This document shows positions 1 through 8,945 of a stretch of DNA of 27,762 nt, piece after piece. Position numbers and translations under genes: made by a program. Below the pieces are notes generated by a model. It did not search any database. It was not told where the DNA came from and saw only the letters and a list, made by a program, of their open reading frames with translations. Numbering within the stretch: position 1 is the first letter of the stretch; each line of letters opens with the position of its first letter. Origin of the DNA: Candidatus Babeliales bacterium (GTDB lineage: Bacteria > Babelota > Babeliae > Babelales > Vermiphilaceae); assembly GCA_044451405.1 (NCBI GenBank), contig JBIOKB010000011.1, positions 1 to 27,762 on the forward strand. The letters are read 5' to 3'.

Positions 1-1
1 A

Positions 2-2278
2 AAGATTAAAGAAATACGCTCTAACATCCAACAGATGGGTGCAATTCTTACCCAGATACGGGGCGACACCTTTGTAGCAGTAAACGAAGCAAGCCTCAAA
101 ATGCTTTTAACGATAAATAACGCTGCTATTGATCATATCCGCAACGCCCTTTCTAACGGCTTTAAAGAATTCCCTGCTTTTGATTGGCAACAGACCCTCA
201 TAACTCAAGCTCCAACTAAAGCAATCACCCTTGAAGGTCTTCAAGGTGACGCCAAAGAAATCGATAAAAAACTTGTAAAACTTACCAAAGAGGCACAAAA
301 CGTTGGCCTTACCTGGTATAACAAAGCCTATCGCGCCCTTGATGATACTATTATCCACCCCGCACAAAAGTATAAAGTCGGTCGCTATGCATTTTTAGCT
401 ACCGTTACGGGAACCTGCGCATTTCTTATTTGGTGGGCAACAAATAATGACGGGACTGGTATGCGAATATTAGAACGCCCTCTCAAATATCTTCGTAATT
501 GGATAGGTTATGCTCCCAACTACATACGTCCAGGAGAAATTGATACAGAATATCATAATGGAAATGCTGCAAAAAACATCGCTCCACACCCTATGAGATC
601 TCTTGGGCAGGGTGCTGATTACCTGGTGCAATTCACGAAAGGGTACATGCCAATGCATGCCTTTGCCTTTACCCTCGCAGCCGCTGCATGGACCCCAGAA
701 TTAACAGCAGCTAAAGATTATTTAGGCAAAAAAGGTGATAAACTTGTTAACTTCTTAAAAGGTGGCGGCTATAAAAATAAAATAAAACCAGATGAAGATG
801 AAATTATTCCTAAAGTAACGCTTAAAGATTTAGTTGGCCTTGATCATGTTAAACAAGAATTCACACGCATCATTGAATTTCTTAAAGATCCTGAACGCTA
901 CGTTCGCTCTAAACTCAAACCTGAACTTGGCTTCCTGTTGACTGGTCCTACGCGTACCGGTAAAACATTCAGCGCTGAAGCATTGGCGGGTGAAATTCGC
1001 GCTATGTTAAAAGCACAAGGCAAAGACGAGAAAGAGTTCAGCTTTATTCCATTACATGCTTCATTTATCGAAGAAAAAGGCATTCGCTGGATTTTACATA
1101 AAGCACGTGAAGTTGCTCCATGTATCCTCTTTATCGATGAAATTGATTTACTTGGGTTGCAACGTGCTGGTGGTCGTCCTGAACGCTTGAGTGATTTCCT
1201 TTCAACCATGAGTGGTTGTTTGGAAAATAATGATCCAAGCAAACCAGTTATTATCATTGCAGCAACTAACAAACCTGAAAACTTGGATGTTGCCCTTAGA
1301 CAACGTGGCCGCTTTGGTAAAGAGATTCGTTTTGAATATCCACCTACTAAAGATCGTCGTGATTATTTCACGAACAAACTCAGCACATTAGCACTTTCTA
1401 TCGATGCCTTTAATATTGAACAACTGGTACGCGATACTGAAGGCTGTTCATATGAACAACTTAATGCTCTGATACAAAGTGCATTCCAAGTAGCTAAAAT
1501 TAATGGTGAACTCTTAACCCAAGCACATCTTGATGATGCATTTGATAGAGAAATTCGTCATATTATTATGGCACCATTACGGGAAATTAATGCACAAGAA
1601 AAGAGATTAATTGCTATTCATCAAGCAGGTAGAGCGCTGGCGGTTATGCTCCTTAACGGTAACCAAAAGCTCTCAAAAGTAACTATACGACCATACCTAA
1701 CCGAAATTAGAGAAGAAACGGTATGGGATCAATATTACTTAAGTGAAGATCAAAAGCAGAAGAAGATCTCCTATGGCCGTATCTTTACGCATCATGACCA
1801 GGATACGATTAACTTTGATAGCCTTGATGAGAAGATAAACACCTGCAAAATCTTACTTGCGGGCCATGCAGCAGAAAACATCGTACTTGGTTCATGTGGA
1901 TACAGTTATCACCCAGAAGCTTCTCAACGGGCGTTTGATATTGCAAAGAGCATCGCGTTACAAGGTATTGATCTCAGCACATTGCCTGATGATCTCAGAA
2001 AACAATACGTTGAAAAGGCACTGGCATTACGCACAACCTATGAACAGGAAATAATGGCGTTATTGAGCGCACATCAAGCAGAGCTTAAACTTATTGCTGA
2101 TGCATTACAACAACATGAAACATTAAGTTATGAAGATATTGATGCATTATTGCATCCGGAGAAATACAAGCAGGATGAAAAACCCGCAGTATCTGATAAC
2201 GCAGACATAAAAGCTGCAGTTCAACAAGAACTTGGTATTGAAGAGGTACCGGCGCCAGTTGCTGCCCCTGCTGCATAA
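2..2278 (+). CDS. FtsH-like membrane AAA+ ATPase with degenerate M41 protease domain (5' end probably outside the window)
   Basis: The frame is open from base 2 (KIKEIRSNIQQM...). Hydrophobic segments precede the AAA module: Walker A GPTRTGKT, Walker B ILFIDEID, SRH ATNKPENLDVALRQRGRF. The M41-like C-terminus has IAIHQAGR in place of HEAGH, and LLAGHAAE. Confidence 0.85.
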   Translation, partial: KIKEIRSNIQQMGAILTQIRGDTFVAVNEASLKMLLTINNAAIDHIRNALSNGFKEFPAFDWQQTLITQAPTKAITLEGLQGDAKEIDKKLVKLTKEAQNVGLTWYNKAYRALDDTIIHPAQKYKVGRYAFLATVTGTCAFLIWWATNNDGTGMRILERPLKYLRNWIGYAPNYIRPGEIDTEYHNGNAAKNIAPHPMRSLGQGADYLVQFTKGYMPMHAFAFTLAAAAWTPELTAAKDYLGKKGDKLVNFLKGGGYKNKIKPDEDEIIPKVTLKDLVGLDHVKQEFTRIIEFLKDPERYVRSKLKPELGFLLTGPTRTGKTFSAEALAGEIRAMLKAQGKDEKEFSFIPLHASFIEEKGIRWILHKAREVAPCILFIDEIDLLGLQRAGGRPERLSDFLSTMSGCLENNDPSKPVIIIAATNKPENLDVALRQRGRFGKEIRFEYPPTKDRRDYFTNKLSTLALSIDAFNIEQLVRDTEGCSYEQLNALIQSAFQVAKINGELLTQAHLDDAFDREIRHIIMAPLREINAQEKRLIAIHQAGRALAVMLLNGNQKLSKVTIRPYLTEIREETVWDQYYLSEDQKQKKISYGRIFTHHDQDTINFDSLDEKINTCKILLAGHAAENIVLGSCGYSYHPEASQRAFDIAKSIALQGIDLSTLPDDLRKQYVEKALALRTTYEQEIMALLSAHQAELKLIADALQQHETLSYEDIDALLHPEKYKQDEKPAVSDNADIKAAVQQELGIEEVPAPVAAPAA

Positions 2279-2301
2279 TACATTACATAGTACATAACAG
2301 A

Positions 2302-2336
2302 AACACCCGGAGTAAGAACCCTTACATCCGGGTGTT
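2302..2336 (+). terminator. Stem-loop downstream of the FtsH-like gene (probable terminator)
   Basis: AACACCCGGA-GTAAG / AACC loop / CTTAC-A-TCCGGGTGTT: 15-bp stem with one bulge, about 24 nt after the stop. The U-tract is short. Confidence 0.6.
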
Positions 2337-2420
2337 ATGCTTAAATTCTGCCCGCAGCCAGGCGTGAACAATGCTTTCAATAAGCTGATCCGATCGAATC
2401 AATATAATTTTATCCCCCGT
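2337..2420 (-). pseudogene. Diverged relic of the rpiB 3' region
   Basis: 2337-2365 is identical to 4369-4397 (29 bp). The minus frame reads TGDKIILIRSDQLIESIVHAWLRAEFKH, versus RpiB ..VIVIPADFVDCEYGLDIVYAWLRAEFKH. Confidence 0.65.
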
Positions 2421-2493
2421 TCGCCCTCCATCCTACTTTAGGCCTATAACCCCCTAAAGTCCCCTATGCCTTAACCAGAACACCTCCCACCAC

Positions 2494-2521
2494 TTGCATA
2501 TTCAAATAGAATATATATCAT
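2494..2521 (+). promoter_or_regulatory. Putative sigma70 promoter
   Basis: TTGCAT-N16-TATCAT upstream of the ankyrin gene. Confidence 0.4.
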
Positions 2522-2557
2522 AAATAATAAAGTATTAAAAATGCCCTAAAAAATAGA

Positions 2558-3514
2558 ATGGTTATTATGCATTTGTTATCTCTATTACTTATAGCAGCCT
2601 CTTTTTATATCCCTCTTCAAGCTTCTGAAGAGCAGGCTAGACAAAAGAGTGCCTTAGAAGCTGCCATGGCGTCTAAAAAATCTCCTGAGCAAGAACGGCA
2701 AGAAAAACTAAAAGATGCAATTATAAAAGGCAATGTTGAAACAACACAATCATTATTAGATGCTAAAGCAAATCCTAATGCCTCAACAAATACCGACGAC
2801 CAATATTATTATCCATTTTTAGTGATGGCAGTTAATGCAAGCCCTACCATTAGAGAGGTACCAAAACCAACTTTGGGCAAAACTGATGCCGTTGTAAAAC
2901 TTCTATTATCATATAAAGCCAATGTAAACGCTCATACCGGATTTGAGTGCAGAACCGCTTTATTAGAGTCTATCGATTACAATAATTCCCTACTTGTCAG
3001 GCTTATTCTTGATCACCAAGCTGATGTACATCATCGGGATATCAATGGACGTAATGCTCTTTTTGAAACACTTCGATATTTGCTCTATCGCGATAAAAAG
3101 TTTGTAGAAACTTACCAAACATTTGGGTATAACGATCTCGACGGAACATATTTAACACATCTTATTCTTACTCATCCTGAAACAACTGCCGATGATGTTC
3201 AACATGCATATTTTAGAATTAACCAGGATTATATTGATCCTGAAGACATGTATACTGATATACATCTGGAAAAAATGCACGCTCTCACTAATGCACGCAC
3301 ATACGCTTACGAATGCAGCAGAATTGAATTGCGAGAACTATTAAAGAAATTTGCTCATGAAAATGGTCTTCAAGAAAAATTGGCCCCGGGCATAATGGCT
3401 TATATCGCTGATTACGCCGCTTTATATCATCACATTCCTGAACACACTTTTCAGATCAAAGAATATCGCGATAATCCTAAAAACAAACAACTTATTCTGT
3501 ATAAAGGTTCTTAA
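2558..3514 (+). CDS. Secreted ankyrin-repeat protein with C-terminal F-box-like motif
   Basis: N-terminal signal peptide. Ank repeats: AIIKGNVETTQSLLDAKANPN, VVKLLLSYKANVN, RTALLESIDYNNSLLVRLILDHQADVHHRDINGRNAL. C-terminal LAPGIMAYIADY. Confidence 0.8.
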   Translation: MVIMHLLSLLLIAASFYIPLQASEEQARQKSALEAAMASKKSPEQERQEKLKDAIIKGNVETTQSLLDAKANPNASTNTDDQYYYPFLVMAVNASPTIREVPKPTLGKTDAVVKLLLSYKANVNAHTGFECRTALLESIDYNNSLLVRLILDHQADVHHRDINGRNALFETLRYLLYRDKKFVETYQTFGYNDLDGTYLTHLILTHPETTADDVQHAYFRINQDYIDPEDMYTDIHLEKMHALTNARTYAYECSRIELRELLKKFAHENGLQEKLAPGIMAYIADYAALYHHIPEHTFQIKEYRDNPKNKQLILYKGS

Positions 3515-3529
3515 AAAATGGAGATAATC

Positions 3530-4300
3530 ATGTCTATTAAATCAATGTTTATTAAACTTGTAATCTTAACCACCTGTATAGCATCGCACAGCTATGCCAT
3601 GGATTTCTTACAGCAACGTGTTATTACCCCTATTAAAGAGAAGATTGAAAAGCAGAAACACGCAGCATTAACTCAACAAGTCAGACAAATTCGCAGGAAA
3701 TACGACCGTAACACGTTATGTTATTTAGCAAGCCCAAAAGTGACTGATCCACAGCTTATCACCATATATGGTCAGATAGGCGGCAAACCACATCGCAGAA
3801 GCTTTGAGGGATTCAGCCCTTTACACCATTTTGCTATCGGAACATGGGAACTTACTGATACTCAATTAGAAAAGCTTAAACGACTTGTTGTATTTGGAGT
3901 TCCTTTAAATCGTCCCGTTAAAGCAGGAACCTTAAAAGGACTTCCCCCTATCTCCCTACTAAAAGCTCGTATGCTTCTCAATATCAATAATACGGAAGAA
4001 ATGGCTCAGTGTATTGCAATACAAAATGGTATACAGGATGGAATACGAGAAAGAAAATTGAGTATAATTAAGTTATTTGACGCGAATCCTCAATTACCTG
4101 CTCCTTTAATCAGAATAATTCTTACGTATAGTGAATCAGAGCTTCGCCATCTTCCACAACGTAAAATTATTGATACAAAAGATAGATTGTCAAAATATTT
4201 GGAAGAAAAAAAACGAGAAAAAGAACGAGAAAGACGTCGTTTAGAAGAAGATGCTGAACGAGAACTAGATAGAATAGGACGAATGGCTATTGGATTTTAA
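3530..4300 (+). CDS. Secreted hypothetical protein with degenerate ankyrin-like repeat, F-box-like motif and coiled-coil tail
   Basis: GGAG RBS before ATG 3530. Signal peptide ending SYA-MD; FSPLHHFA...LVVFGVPLN; LPAPLIRIILTY; E/R/K-rich tail. Confidence 0.6.
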   Translation: MSIKSMFIKLVILTTCIASHSYAMDFLQQRVITPIKEKIEKQKHAALTQQVRQIRRKYDRNTLCYLASPKVTDPQLITIYGQIGGKPHRRSFEGFSPLHHFAIGTWELTDTQLEKLKRLVVFGVPLNRPVKAGTLKGLPPISLLKARMLLNINNTEEMAQCIAIQNGIQDGIRERKLSIIKLFDANPQLPAPLIRIILTYSESELRHLPQRKIIDTKDRLSKYLEEKKREKERERRRLEEDAERELDRIGRMAIGF

Positions 4301-4314
4301 AGAGCATTAACGCA

Positions 4315-4761
4315 CTATTTAACGCCGCCCACGTTATCAATCATATCAAGGCGATCTTGGTAATGATCATGCTTAAATTCTGCCCGCAGCCAGGCGTATA
4401 CGATATCCAAGCCATACTCACAATCAACAAAATCTGCTGGAATCACTATAACATTCACGTTATCATCTTCTACTGCCTTAAAGGCGATGATCTCATTCCA
4501 CGCTACTGCAGCATAAATACCCGCAAAGCGATTTGCGATAATTGCCATGCCTGCCCCTGAGCCACAGATAAGAATCGCTTTTTGTGCCATACCGTTATGA
4601 ATATCATGGCATGCTGCAATGGCAAACTCAGGATAATCACTTGGTTCATTTGTATAGGCACCGACATCAATCCAGCCTATGGGTTTATCCCATACAAAAT
4701 TTTGTTTGATAAACTCTTTGTGTGCAAATCCTCGGTGATCGGCACCGATAATTAATTTCAT
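4315..4761 (-). CDS. rpiB: Ribose-5-phosphate isomerase B (RpiB/LacA/LacB family)
   Basis: IIGADHRG, SDYP, ILICGSGAGMAIIANRFAGIYAA motifs; 148 aa. Confidence 0.92.
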   Translation of the reverse strand: MKLIIGADHRGFAHKEFIKQNFVWDKPIGWIDVGAYTNEPSDYPEFAIAACHDIHNGMAQKAILICGSGAGMAIIANRFAGIYAAVAWNEIIAFKAVEDDNVNVIVIPADFVDCEYGLDIVYAWLRAEFKHDHYQDRLDMIDNVGGVK

Positions 4762-5654
4762 GCAGGGACTTCCTCTATAGAAGGCAATTCGTAATCATCA
4801 ACTGAGGGAATAAAAAGTTCTTGTGTTTCGGGTGCTTCGGGCGTCATGGTTGTTTCTTCTGGCATAACGGGCTGTATTTCTTGCTGCTCTTGGGTCGCCT
4901 CGGGTTGTGCGGCACTTTCCTGAACACTGTTTGATACTTCTGGCACCGACTGCTCTTCAGTTACTTCAGGAGCTGGAACTGTTTCTGGGATCTCAGTTAC
5001 TTCCTGCTCTTCATTATTTTCAGTAACAAGCGCAGGAACATTTACTTGCCAGCTGAGTATCGCTTCTTTTTCAATAGAACGGAAATGGAGATCCATAGTT
5101 TGCGCATCTTCAGTTATTAACGGTTTACCATCAGGTGTCTTAGCATTGAATTTTACCAAATATATGGATTTAAAGCGATTATAGCATTTGCCAAAAAATG
5201 CCTTAAATTCAGGTGTTAATTCCGTTACCCGTATCTCATTTGGCGCTACGGTGGTTTCCCCAACGGTTAAAAAGAATGCCCACGTATTATTCTGATCACC
5301 AATATTTAAGCTGAAATTTGTAAGCACGTAAAAGGAGATAAAATGTTTATTTTCTTCAAGCTGACGGCGTAAAAATGCTTTAGTCATCTGCTCATTTTTA
5401 CCATTTTTAACACCGTACGTTTGTGCATAGACAGTTCTTACTTCATCAGAAAGCCAGAGTGCATCAATTAATGCAACAGTACTAAATTGACGGTGAATGT
5501 AGGCTGAACGGAGATAATTGCGTGGAACTTTACTCACCGGTTCTAGAATTTCACCTTGATCAAAATTACTTTCTGCCCATCGAATAACATGGCCGCAGCC
5601 TGGTAACCCCATCAAACAGATAGCCATTGCTGCTAATTGATATATACGCTTCAT
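4758..5654 (-). CDS. Lipoprotein with acidic Pro/Glu-rich C-terminal tail
   Basis: Lipobox LPG-C after a hydrophobic stretch; low-complexity E/P/Q/T tail; ATGA overlap with the rpiB start. Confidence 0.7.
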   Translation of the reverse strand: MKRIYQLAAMAICLMGLPGCGHVIRWAESNFDQGEILEPVSKVPRNYLRSAYIHRQFSTVALIDALWLSDEVRTVYAQTYGVKNGKNEQMTKAFLRRQLEENKHFISFYVLTNFSLNIGDQNNTWAFFLTVGETTVAPNEIRVTELTPEFKAFFGKCYNRFKSIYLVKFNAKTPDGKPLITEDAQTMDLHFRSIEKEAILSWQVNVPALVTENNEEQEVTEIPETVPAPEVTEEQSVPEVSNSVQESAAQPEATQEQQEIQPVMPEETTMTPEAPETQELFIPSVDDYELPSIEEVPA

Positions 5655-5744
5655 AATTCACCTTCTTTTTTTTACACTCAACGTACTCAAGTATCCTAAA
5701 AAAACCCTCTATAATTTACAAGCTCTACATCATTAAGGAGTTAT

Positions 5745-6974
5745 ATGAACTACCAAAGCTTCTATCTTGCCTGGCGCTACATGAAAAGCAGCCATACAGA
5801 AAAAACAATTGCACTTATGACCAAACTCTGTTTCTGCGGCATTGTTATCAGCACGTTTTCCCTCACGCTCGTGCTCTTTGTTATGCGTGGTTTTGAAAAA
5901 GAAACCCATGCAAAATTGCAAGGGGTACATGCGCATATCATCATGCGTGGGTATGGACAACCGCTTAATTATCCGCACATAGCAGAAATACTCAGCGCAG
6001 AATTCCGTGAAATACAGGCGTTTAGCCCGACGAGTATGCGGCAGGTTCTTGTACAAACTGAAGAAGATGAACCCCAAGTCGTTATTATTAAAGGCATCGA
6101 TCCAGCAGCAGAAGCAACAGTAAGCTCATTGAGAAGTAAAATTATAGGACAACAGCGCACTCCCATTACTCTTGCCGATGCGGTACATGATGATCACCTT
6201 ATTATTGGTTCCCAACTTGCAAAAACGCTCGATGTTATGCCCGGTGATTCCATAACGTTGCTCTTTGCTGAATCAGAAAAAGCACGATCACGTAAAATAA
6301 TATTTGATGAACAAGAAGCTATCGTAAGCGGCATTTTTACTACCGGCATTGATGAATTTGATGCAGGAATTATCATCTGCTCGCTACCCTTTTTAAACCA
6401 GCTATTTCCCGATGCGGGCATTGATCAGATTAATCTCACCCTTGCATCATCAGCCCATGAACACACTGTTGTTGAGCGACTCAAAAAGCGATTTGATCTT
6501 GAAGTATATTCATGGAAAGACCTGTACCCTGCATTAGTTTCTGCATTAAAACTTGAAAAATATGCAATGCTCATTATTTTTGCGCTCATTGCGCTTGTTG
6601 CAAGCATGAGTATTATTTCACTGCTTTTTATGCAAATTACCCAAAAGCGTGGTGATATTGCCATTTTAAAAGCCATGGGAACATCTAATAGTACCATTGC
6701 ATCCATTTTTCTTATCATGGGCATGAGCATAGCCTTTGTAAGCTGTATGTGTGGCATAGTGCTTGCTCTTGGTGCAGGATGGTTCTTGCAACAGTACCCG
6801 TTAATAACCTTACCTGACGTCTACTATGTATCACACATACCCGTCACTATAGAATGGCATCTTATTGCCATGGTTATCGGCATTGTGATGTTGTTAAGCT
6901 TTATTGCTACCTGGATACCAGCACAAAAGGCGCGCTCGCTGATTGTTGCCCACGTGTTACGCTTTGAGGCATAA
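5745..6974 (+). CDS. lolE: LolC/LolE-family lipoprotein-releasing ABC permease
   Basis: LAWRY N-terminus; TM then VMRGFE; IIKGIDP; VSGIFTTGIDEFD; SWKDLYPALVSALKLEK; QKRGDIAILKAMG; PDVYYVSHIP; ATWIPA...LRFE. AAGGAG RBS. Confidence 0.88.
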   Translation: MNYQSFYLAWRYMKSSHTEKTIALMTKLCFCGIVISTFSLTLVLFVMRGFEKETHAKLQGVHAHIIMRGYGQPLNYPHIAEILSAEFREIQAFSPTSMRQVLVQTEEDEPQVVIIKGIDPAAEATVSSLRSKIIGQQRTPITLADAVHDDHLIIGSQLAKTLDVMPGDSITLLFAESEKARSRKIIFDEQEAIVSGIFTTGIDEFDAGIIICSLPFLNQLFPDAGIDQINLTLASSAHEHTVVERLKKRFDLEVYSWKDLYPALVSALKLEKYAMLIIFALIALVASMSIISLLFMQITQKRGDIAILKAMGTSNSTIASIFLIMGMSIAFVSCMCGIVLALGAGWFLQQYPLITLPDVYYVSHIPVTIEWHLIAMVIGIVMLLSFIATWIPAQKARSLIVAHVLRFEA

Positions 6975-7001
6975 TAGTATGATTATATAATAAGGAGCTC
7001 T

Positions 7002-8177
7002 ATGATTCCCCGTACGTCATTATTACCGACCTTTAATCTGCACAATAAACGCGTATTTGTGCGTGCTGATTTAAATGTGCCTATCAAACAGGGAATCATC
7101 AGTAACGATTATCGCTTACAAGCAGTGTTACCTACGCTGAATTATATTCAGAAAGCTGGCGGTAAGATTATCCTGGCAACCCACATTGGGCGGCCTCATG
7201 GCGTTGACCCTGCGCTCAGCACCCGAATTTTAGTACCCTGGTTTACTCAGCATGGGTATTCAGTACACTTCCAGCCTGATCTCGATAACGCATATAGTAA
7301 TAGCGTTAAAGATCCTGACACGATACTGCTCCTTGAAAATCTGCGTTTTTTTCCTGGAGAGCAGAATGCTGACACTTCATTTGCACAGAAACTCGCATCA
7401 TTAGGCGATTATTATGTTGATGATGCGTTTGGCGCCCTACATCGTACTGATGCATCAATTACGCTCACGCCAACATTTTTTAGTCCTGATAAACGCACCA
7501 TAGGTTTTTTAGTTGAGCGTGAACTGCAGATGCTTGATCGCTTACTCAAACCAGAACAACCGTTGAGCCTTATTCTTGGCGGTGGAAAAGTGGCCGATAA
7601 GATACCCATCATTAATGCATTACTGCCACGCATTCATGCATTATTATTATGCCCTGCCATTTCAAATACATTTGTAAAAGCTCTTGGCAACCCAATGGGA
7701 AAATCTCTGATTGATGAAGCTGCCATACCGCTCTGCAAAGAAATAATGGATCGTGCGCAAGAATTGGGTGTTATCGTATATGTGCCTGTTGATTATTATG
7801 CTGCGCGTGATTCTTTTAACGGACCACTCATTCCTGATCCTATTGATGCGCATGCATTCCCTGATGATGCCATTGCTATCAACATAGGTCCCAAAACCGT
7901 TGCATTATATGCACGCGAATTCATGAAAGATCATACACTTTTTATCAATGGACTTATGGGGGACGTAAACAGACCTGAAACATTGAAAGGCACAGAACTT
8001 CTGTATGCTGCCATTGGCCAATCGCCTGCGTTCAGCATCATTGGCGGTGGCGATTCGGTAGCTGCTGCCTATCAATTAGGCAAAGCATCTTCTTTTGATT
8101 ATCTATCAACCGGTGGCGGCGCTACACTTGCATATATCAGCGGGCAAGAATTGCCAGGGCTATCATGCATTACGTAA
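7002..8177 (+). CDS. pgk: Phosphoglycerate kinase
   Basis: VFVRADLNVP, THIGRP, LLENLRF, DAFGALHR, GGGKVADK, IIGGGDS, STGGGA motifs. Confidence 0.97.
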   Translation: MIPRTSLLPTFNLHNKRVFVRADLNVPIKQGIISNDYRLQAVLPTLNYIQKAGGKIILATHIGRPHGVDPALSTRILVPWFTQHGYSVHFQPDLDNAYSNSVKDPDTILLLENLRFFPGEQNADTSFAQKLASLGDYYVDDAFGALHRTDASITLTPTFFSPDKRTIGFLVERELQMLDRLLKPEQPLSLILGGGKVADKIPIINALLPRIHALLLCPAISNTFVKALGNPMGKSLIDEAAIPLCKEIMDRAQELGVIVYVPVDYYAARDSFNGPLIPDPIDAHAFPDDAIAINIGPKTVALYAREFMKDHTLFINGLMGDVNRPETLKGTELLYAAIGQSPAFSIIGGGDSVAAAYQLGKASSFDYLSTGGGATLAYISGQELPGLSCIT

Positions 8178-8705
8178 TTAAAAAATGGGACAAAAACTTA
8201 ATAAATGTAATCCTTTAACTAAATAATCATCTGCAAATGTATCTGCAGGGCGTGCCTTTTCATACATAATAAAACCATCGTTATCATACTTTAAAGACCA
8301 TGAACAAAGCCCATAATTGGTAAATCCAAGATCATGTGCTATCGTTTCTGCTAATTCCTCATGGCTTTTTGCTCGACGTTTACCGCTACATGTTTCAATA
8401 GTTCTTACCATCGCATTAAATGGAGCAGAGCGCATATATGAAATATAGTCTTGCGGATTATCCCATATCGATTCACCGTAATGGTGAGCGCGATCAATAC
8501 CAACCACCCCCTTCATACAATTAAAATCAGCATTATCTACAAAATAGGCCACCTTGCTCAAATCAAAACACTGTTCATGAGATAATTCATGCAGCACGAA
8601 TTCAGGCAAATATTCATTGCCATGTAATTGAATAATTTTATGGGGTAATTGTATAAGATTACTCAACAGCGCATGCTGTCTTTGTAAAATATCTGGTGCT
8701 CCCAT
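8178..8705 (-). CDS. Hypothetical protein, possible stand-alone GAF-like domain
   Basis: 175-aa ORF with AGGA RBS. The pattern LHEL..CFDLSKVAYFVDN..FNCMKGVVG resembles the start of GAF domains. Confidence 0.6.
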   Translation of the reverse strand: MGAPDILQRQHALLSNLIQLPHKIIQLHGNEYLPEFVLHELSHEQCFDLSKVAYFVDNADFNCMKGVVGIDRAHHYGESIWDNPQDYISYMRSAPFNAMVRTIETCSGKRRAKSHEELAETIAHDLGFTNYGLCSWSLKYDNDGFIMYEKARPADTFADDYLVKGLHLLSFCPIF

Positions 8706-8865
8706 AGTACTTCCTTTTACGTAAAGAGACTTACTATTACTACTTCCTTTTTTTGGTGCTTCCTTAGTACACCATACCTTAGTTAAAAAGTAACATCAAC
8801 ACCGTGACCAGAATCGTAAGTAAAGCAAGCATGACAAAGCGCTTTGCTAAAAAAGCAGCTCGTAG

Positions 8866-8893
8866 TTGACAGTGAATAACGGGCTTTTATAAT
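8866..8893 (+). promoter_or_regulatory. sigma70 promoter
   Basis: Exact TTGACA-N16-TATAAT about 50 nt upstream of the 8946 GTG start. Confidence 0.65.
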
Positions 8894-8945
8894 GTTTCAA
8901 TCTATATATTGAATAACACTACCGTATCTGTTCATAGTAGGAATT

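Noticed and set aside
351-359. DnaA-box-like TTATCCACC
   Set aside because: Single imperfect copy inside coding sequence, far from dnaA.
8708-8765. Repeated TACTTCCTTTT upstream of the GAF-like gene
   Set aside because: Short, low-complexity and partly the RBS (AAGGAAG); could be chance.
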